DNA of 43,143 nucleotides, taken from NCBI GenBank assembly GCA_947624885.1, contig CANQMD010000002.1, positions 1 through 43,143 on the forward strand. Direction: 5' to 3'. The position numbers and the translations under genes were made by a program. Under the pieces are notes generated by a model. It had not been told where the DNA came from, did not search any database, and worked only from the letters and a program-made list of their open reading frames with translations. This DNA comes from an uncultured Clostridia bacterium (GTDB lineage: Bacteria > Bacillota > Clostridia > Christensenellales > CAG-917). Positions 40,136 through 43,143 of the stretch are shown here, in pieces (the stretch's first letter is position 1; each line of letters starts with the position of its first letter).

Positions 40136-40582
40136 ATGAGTTCAGCTGCATTTTTTGGACATAGGGAAATAGATTATTGCCAATATCACGACCAGATATC
40201 GGCGGTGATCGAAGATCTGATTGTAAATCGCAATGTGAATGTGTTTTACAACGGGGCAAGGGGCAATTTTGATAGTATTTGCGCAAAAATCGTTTGTGAA
40301 CTTAAAGAAAAATATCCGAATGTCAAACAGCTGATGGTGTTGTCTTATCACCCTGTGGGCGATTTGTATGTTCCAAGGTATTTTGATGAAAACGTATATC
40401 TTTTGGAAAATGGCTGTCCGCCGAAATTTGCCATAGCGCATACAAATATGGAAATAGTGAAGAGGTGCGATCATGTGGTATCGGGGGTCAGGTACGACTT
40501 TGGCGGCGCATGGTCGGCATGTGAATATGCAAAGCGTTTGCACAAGGATGTAATATCCATATTTGATGATCAGTTGCGATGA
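40136..40582 (+). CDS. SLOG-superfamily protein (DUF1273/YpsA-like)
   Basis: 148 aa. FFGHREI near the N-terminus, FYNGARGNFDSICAKIVCELKEKYPNVKQLMVLSY and a late GGAWSACEYAK match the FTGHR / GG-x-x-G-F-D / GGT-x-x-x-x-YA pattern that I recall for short clostridial SLOG proteins. Confidence 0.6.
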   Translation: MSSAAFFGHREIDYCQYHDQISAVIEDLIVNRNVNVFYNGARGNFDSICAKIVCELKEKYPNVKQLMVLSYHPVGDLYVPRYFDENVYLLENGCPPKFAIAHTNMEIVKRCDHVVSGVRYDFGGAWSACEYAKRLHKDVISIFDDQLR

Positions 40583-40620
40583 GATCGGTAAAAAATATTT
40601 TTTTATCATCATTTCATATG

Positions 40621-40649
40621 TTGAAAACGGTTTGGCGTTGTGATATAAT
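40621..40649 (+). promoter_or_regulatory. Sigma-A-type promoter of pgk (extended -10)
   Basis: TTGAAA (40621-26), a 17-nt spacer ending in TGA, then TATAAT (40644-49). Confidence 0.6.
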
Positions 40650-40722
40650 ACTGTGCGGTGTGTGGCGCAGGGCGCGCATGCCGCATAAATTGTCAAAATA
40701 ATTTTGTATAAGGAGATCTGTT

Positions 40723-42036
40723 ATGGCAAAGAAAACTATCCGCGACGTTGACGTCAAGGGCAAAAAGTGTCTTGTGCGCGTGGACTTCAATGTCCCCATG
40801 GTGGACGGCGTGATCACCGATGAAAACCGTATCAACGGCGCTCTCCCCACGATCAAGTACCTCGTCGAGCATGAGGCGAAGGTGATTTTGTGCTCCCATA
40901 TGGGCAAGCCGCACAACATCTTTACAGAGGGTTTCTCCCTCACCAAAAAGGAGAAGAAGGCGGTTGAGGCGCTTGCAGAAAGCGAACAGGCCGCGGCAAA
41001 GGCGGAATATATCGCAAAAGCGCTCAAAAACGACCCCAAAAAGTTTACGCTGGCTCCCGTCGCCAAAAAACTCGAGGAGCACTTCCCCGGCAAGGTGACG
41101 TTTGCGACCGACCTCGTGGGAGAGGACGCGCATAAAAAAGTCGCCGCGCTCAAAGACGGCGAGATAGTGCTGCTTGAAAACACTCGCTTTGAGGCGGGAG
41201 AGGAGAAAAACAGCGAGGAACTTTGCAAAAAACTTGCGGAGTTTTGCGACATCTACGTCAACGACGCGTTTGGCACAGCGCATCGCGCTCACGCAACCAC
41301 CGCGGGCATTGTGCAATACGGCTTTGCAAAAACGGCGGTCAGCGGTTTCCTCATCGAAAAGGAACTCAAATTTTTGGGCAACGCGGTTGAAAACCCCGTG
41401 CGTCCGTTTGTGGCGATACTCGGCGGCGCAAAGGTCGCGGACAAACTCAACGTCATTGACAACCTGCTGAACAAGTGCGACACGCTCATCATCGGCGGCG
41501 GTATGGCGTACACTTTCATCAAGGCTCAGGGCGGCACGATCGGCACGTCGCTTGTCGACGACGAAAAGATCGAGTACTGCAAAAAGATGCTTGAAAAAGC
41601 CGAAAAACTCGGCAAAAAGATATACCTGCCCCTCGATACCGCCGTGGCGGGCGCTTTCCCGGATCCTATCGACAAGGCGATCGAGGTGGAATATGTGGAC
41701 AGCTTCGCGATCCCCGCGGACAAGATGGGCTTGGACATCGGTCCCAAAACTCAAAAGCTGTTTGCGGACGCTGTGAAAAACGCGAAAACCGTCGTCTGGA
41801 ACGGACCTATGGGCGTGTTTGAAAACCCCACCTGCGCACAGGGCACGATCGCTGTGGCAAAGGCTATGGCGGAAACGGACGCAACGACGATCATCGGCGG
41901 CGGCGACAGCGCGGCGGCGGTCGCTCAACTTGGCTTTGCGGACAAGATGACCCACATCTCCACGGGCGGCGGCGCTTCGTTGGAATTTTTGGAGGGCAAG
42001 ACGCTGCCCGGCATCGACTGCCTCAACGAAAAATAA
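40723..42036 (+). CDS. pgk: Phosphoglycerate kinase (with a roughly 40-aa insertion)
   Basis: 437 aa with motifs [18 protein letters not shown] and [17 protein letters not shown]. It is about 40 aa longer than typical bacterial Pgk. Confidence 0.93.
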   Translation: MAKKTIRDVDVKGKKCLVRVDFNVPMVDGVITDENRINGALPTIKYLVEHEAKVILCSHMGKPHNIFTEGFSLTKKEKKAVEALAESEQAAAKAEYIAKALKNDPKKFTLAPVAKKLEEHFPGKVTFATDLVGEDAHKKVAALKDGEIVLLENTRFEAGEEKNSEELCKKLAEFCDIYVNDAFGTAHRAHATTAGIVQYGFAKTAVSGFLIEKELKFLGNAVENPVRPFVAILGGAKVADKLNVIDNLLNKCDTLIIGGGMAYTFIKAQGGTIGTSLVDDEKIEYCKKMLEKAEKLGKKIYLPLDTAVAGAFPDPIDKAIEVEYVDSFAIPADKMGLDIGPKTQKLFADAVKNAKTVVWNGPMGVFENPTCAQGTIAVAKAMAETDATTIIGGGDSAAAVAQLGFADKMTHISTGGGASLEFLEGKTLPGIDCLNEK

Positions 42037-42053
42037 TTTGCGACAAACTTTGG

Positions 42054-42086
42054 GCGCGACGACAAGATCGTCGCGCTTTTTTTTTT
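42054..42086 (+). terminator. Intrinsic terminator after pgk
   Basis: GCGCGACGA / TCGTCGCGC stem with a 5-nt loop, followed by ten T. Confidence 0.85.
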
Positions 42087-42248
42087 GCTTGCAGTCTTGA
42101 AAATGCGAGAGGGGAAAATCGAACGTTTGGATAGGCTTTTGGGTGCGAACAGTAAACTTTCCTTTGCACAGGAGGCGGCGACTCGCGCGTGCGTGAAAAT
42201 ACATATTGTATTTTGTATAATATCCGTATATTATCTTGTTGAAAATGT

Positions 42249-42277
42249 TTGACAAATTTTTTGAAAAAGTTTATAAC
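42249..42277 (+). promoter_or_regulatory. Sigma-A-type promoter upstream of pyrC
   Basis: TTGACA (42249-54), a 17-nt spacer, then TATAAC (42272-77). Confidence 0.5.
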
Positions 42278-42351
42278 AATAGCAATGCTTTGGCACGCGG
42301 GGCGGGGAATATCCCCAAAATCTGCGGGCAGAGCGAAGTCGGAGGTGTCGG

Positions 42352-43143
42352 GTGACGCGGATCTTTCAGCAGGTAAAGCAGCGCGATAACGGCGTAAATG
42401 CGCCTCTCTCTTCAGTTTTTGAGGAAAAATATTTGAAATTGCCCGGTCTTATCGATGTGCACGTACATCTCAGAGAGCCGGGTTTTTCTTATAAGGAAAG
42501 GATCGCGAGCGGCACGGAAGCGGCGGCGGCGGGAGGATATAGCGCGGTGTGCTGTATGCCGAATTTGTCGCCCGTCCCGGACAGCGTGGAAAATCTGGAA
42601 ACGCTTGAAAGATGTATCGCGCGTGACGCGAAGGTCAGGGTGTATCCCTACGCCTCGATCACTATCGGCGAAAAGGGAGAGGAACTCACAGATTTTGGGG
42701 CTCTGAAGGGCAGGGCAATCGCATTTTCGGACGACGGCAGAGGCATACAGAGCGAGGATATGATGCGTCGCGCTATGACCCTGGCGGCAAAAGAGGGCGT
42801 GATCATCGCCGCGCATTGCGAGGACGACGCACTACGCGCCGGCGGATATATTCACGCTGGGAAATACGCCTTGGAGCACGGACATAAGGGGATCTCGGGC
42901 GAGAGCGAGTGGAAGCAGATAGAGCGCGACCTGCGCCTCGCTGAGGAAACAAAGGCAAAGTACCACGTGTGTCACATCTCGACAAAAGAGAGCGTGCAAT
43001 TGATACGCTCCGCAAAGGCAAGAGGCGTGGACGTGACTTGCGAAACGGCGCCGCACTATCTGCTGTTGGATGAGAACGATTTGCGCGAGGACGGAAAATT
43101 CAAGATGAATCCGCCTCTGCGCACGCGCGAGGACAGGCTTGCG
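42352..43143 (+). CDS. pyrC: Dihydroorotase (5' part; runs off the window end)
   Basis: The frame is open to the window end and is absent from the ORF track because it has no stop. Motifs are PGLIDVHVHLREPG, FSDDG, AHCED and HVCHIST. The proposed GTG start at 42352 lies 6 nt after GGAGG. The N-terminus is short, so the start is uncertain. Confidence 0.85.
   Translation, partial: MTRIFQQVKQRDNGVNAPLSSVFEEKYLKLPGLIDVHVHLREPGFSYKERIASGTEAAAAGGYSAVCCMPNLSPVPDSVENLETLERCIARDAKVRVYPYASITIGEKGEELTDFGALKGRAIAFSDDGRGIQSEDMMRRAMTLAAKEGVIIAAHCEDDALRAGGYIHAGKYALEHGHKGISGESEWKQIERDLRLAEETKAKYHVCHISTKESVQLIRSAKARGVDVTCETAPHYLLLDENDLREDGKFKMNPPLRTREDRLA

Noticed and set aside
1-43143. rRNA or tRNA genes, a transposase or integrase, a prophage, a reverse transcriptase, or restriction-modification or toxin-antitoxin pairs of known type.
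   Set aside because: I saw no tRNA-like cloverleaf candidates and no rRNA-like sequence in the intergenic regions. No ORF in the track shows recombinase, transposase, RT, methyltransferase or nuclease motifs that I can recognise. Only the unclassified accessory stretch at 36.9-40.6 kb remains open.

Overview
The window looks like a chromosomal segment of a spore-forming Firmicute, Clostridia-like, since spoIVA, spoVT and a ytxC-like gene are present. I call about 36 protein genes. I see no rRNA, tRNA, CRISPR array, transposase or integrase. Most content is housekeeping. In order: metN-metI-metQ (minus strand) behind a promoter, a roughly 170-nt attenuator leader and a terminator; a ytxC-like gene; rnj; a degenerate UgtP-like glycosyltransferase homolog; der; an aminotransferase; spoIVA with a sigma-E-type promoter; a membrane-anchored S1 protease; degV; murG followed by two unknown envelope proteins; an alpha/beta hydrolase; xpt plus a BMP-family nucleoside ABC transporter; a DnaB(DnaD-like)/DnaI helicase-loader pair; a 949-aa BspA-type LRR lipoprotein; spoVT-yabM-like flippase-mazG-dus-trmL; pgk; and the 5' part of pyrC. 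Two things stand out. (1) An accessory stretch of about 3.7 kb lies between trmL and pgk (about 36.9-40.6 kb) and has an AT-rich core. It holds an XRE repressor, a consensus promoter carrying two identical operators, a tail-anchored 162-aa protein, a 433-aa Zn-ribbon/2-TM/coiled-coil protein, dispersed-repeat copies, and a divergent tandem-HTH regulator/SLOG (DUF1273-like) pair. I flag it as a candidate uncharacterised conflict or abortive-infection-type module. This is a hypothesis only. (2) Intergenic DNA across the window is unusually rich in degenerate tandem duplications, with periods of about 30, 37, 39, 62, 66, 75 and 90 bp. Some of them copy the adjacent gene end. There is also a small family of long perfect hairpins sharing AATTGTCAA/TTGACAATT arms. 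The 0.94-kb non-coding region upstream of spoVT is the densest example. All calls come from reading the sequence and the ORF track; no database search or folding program was run.
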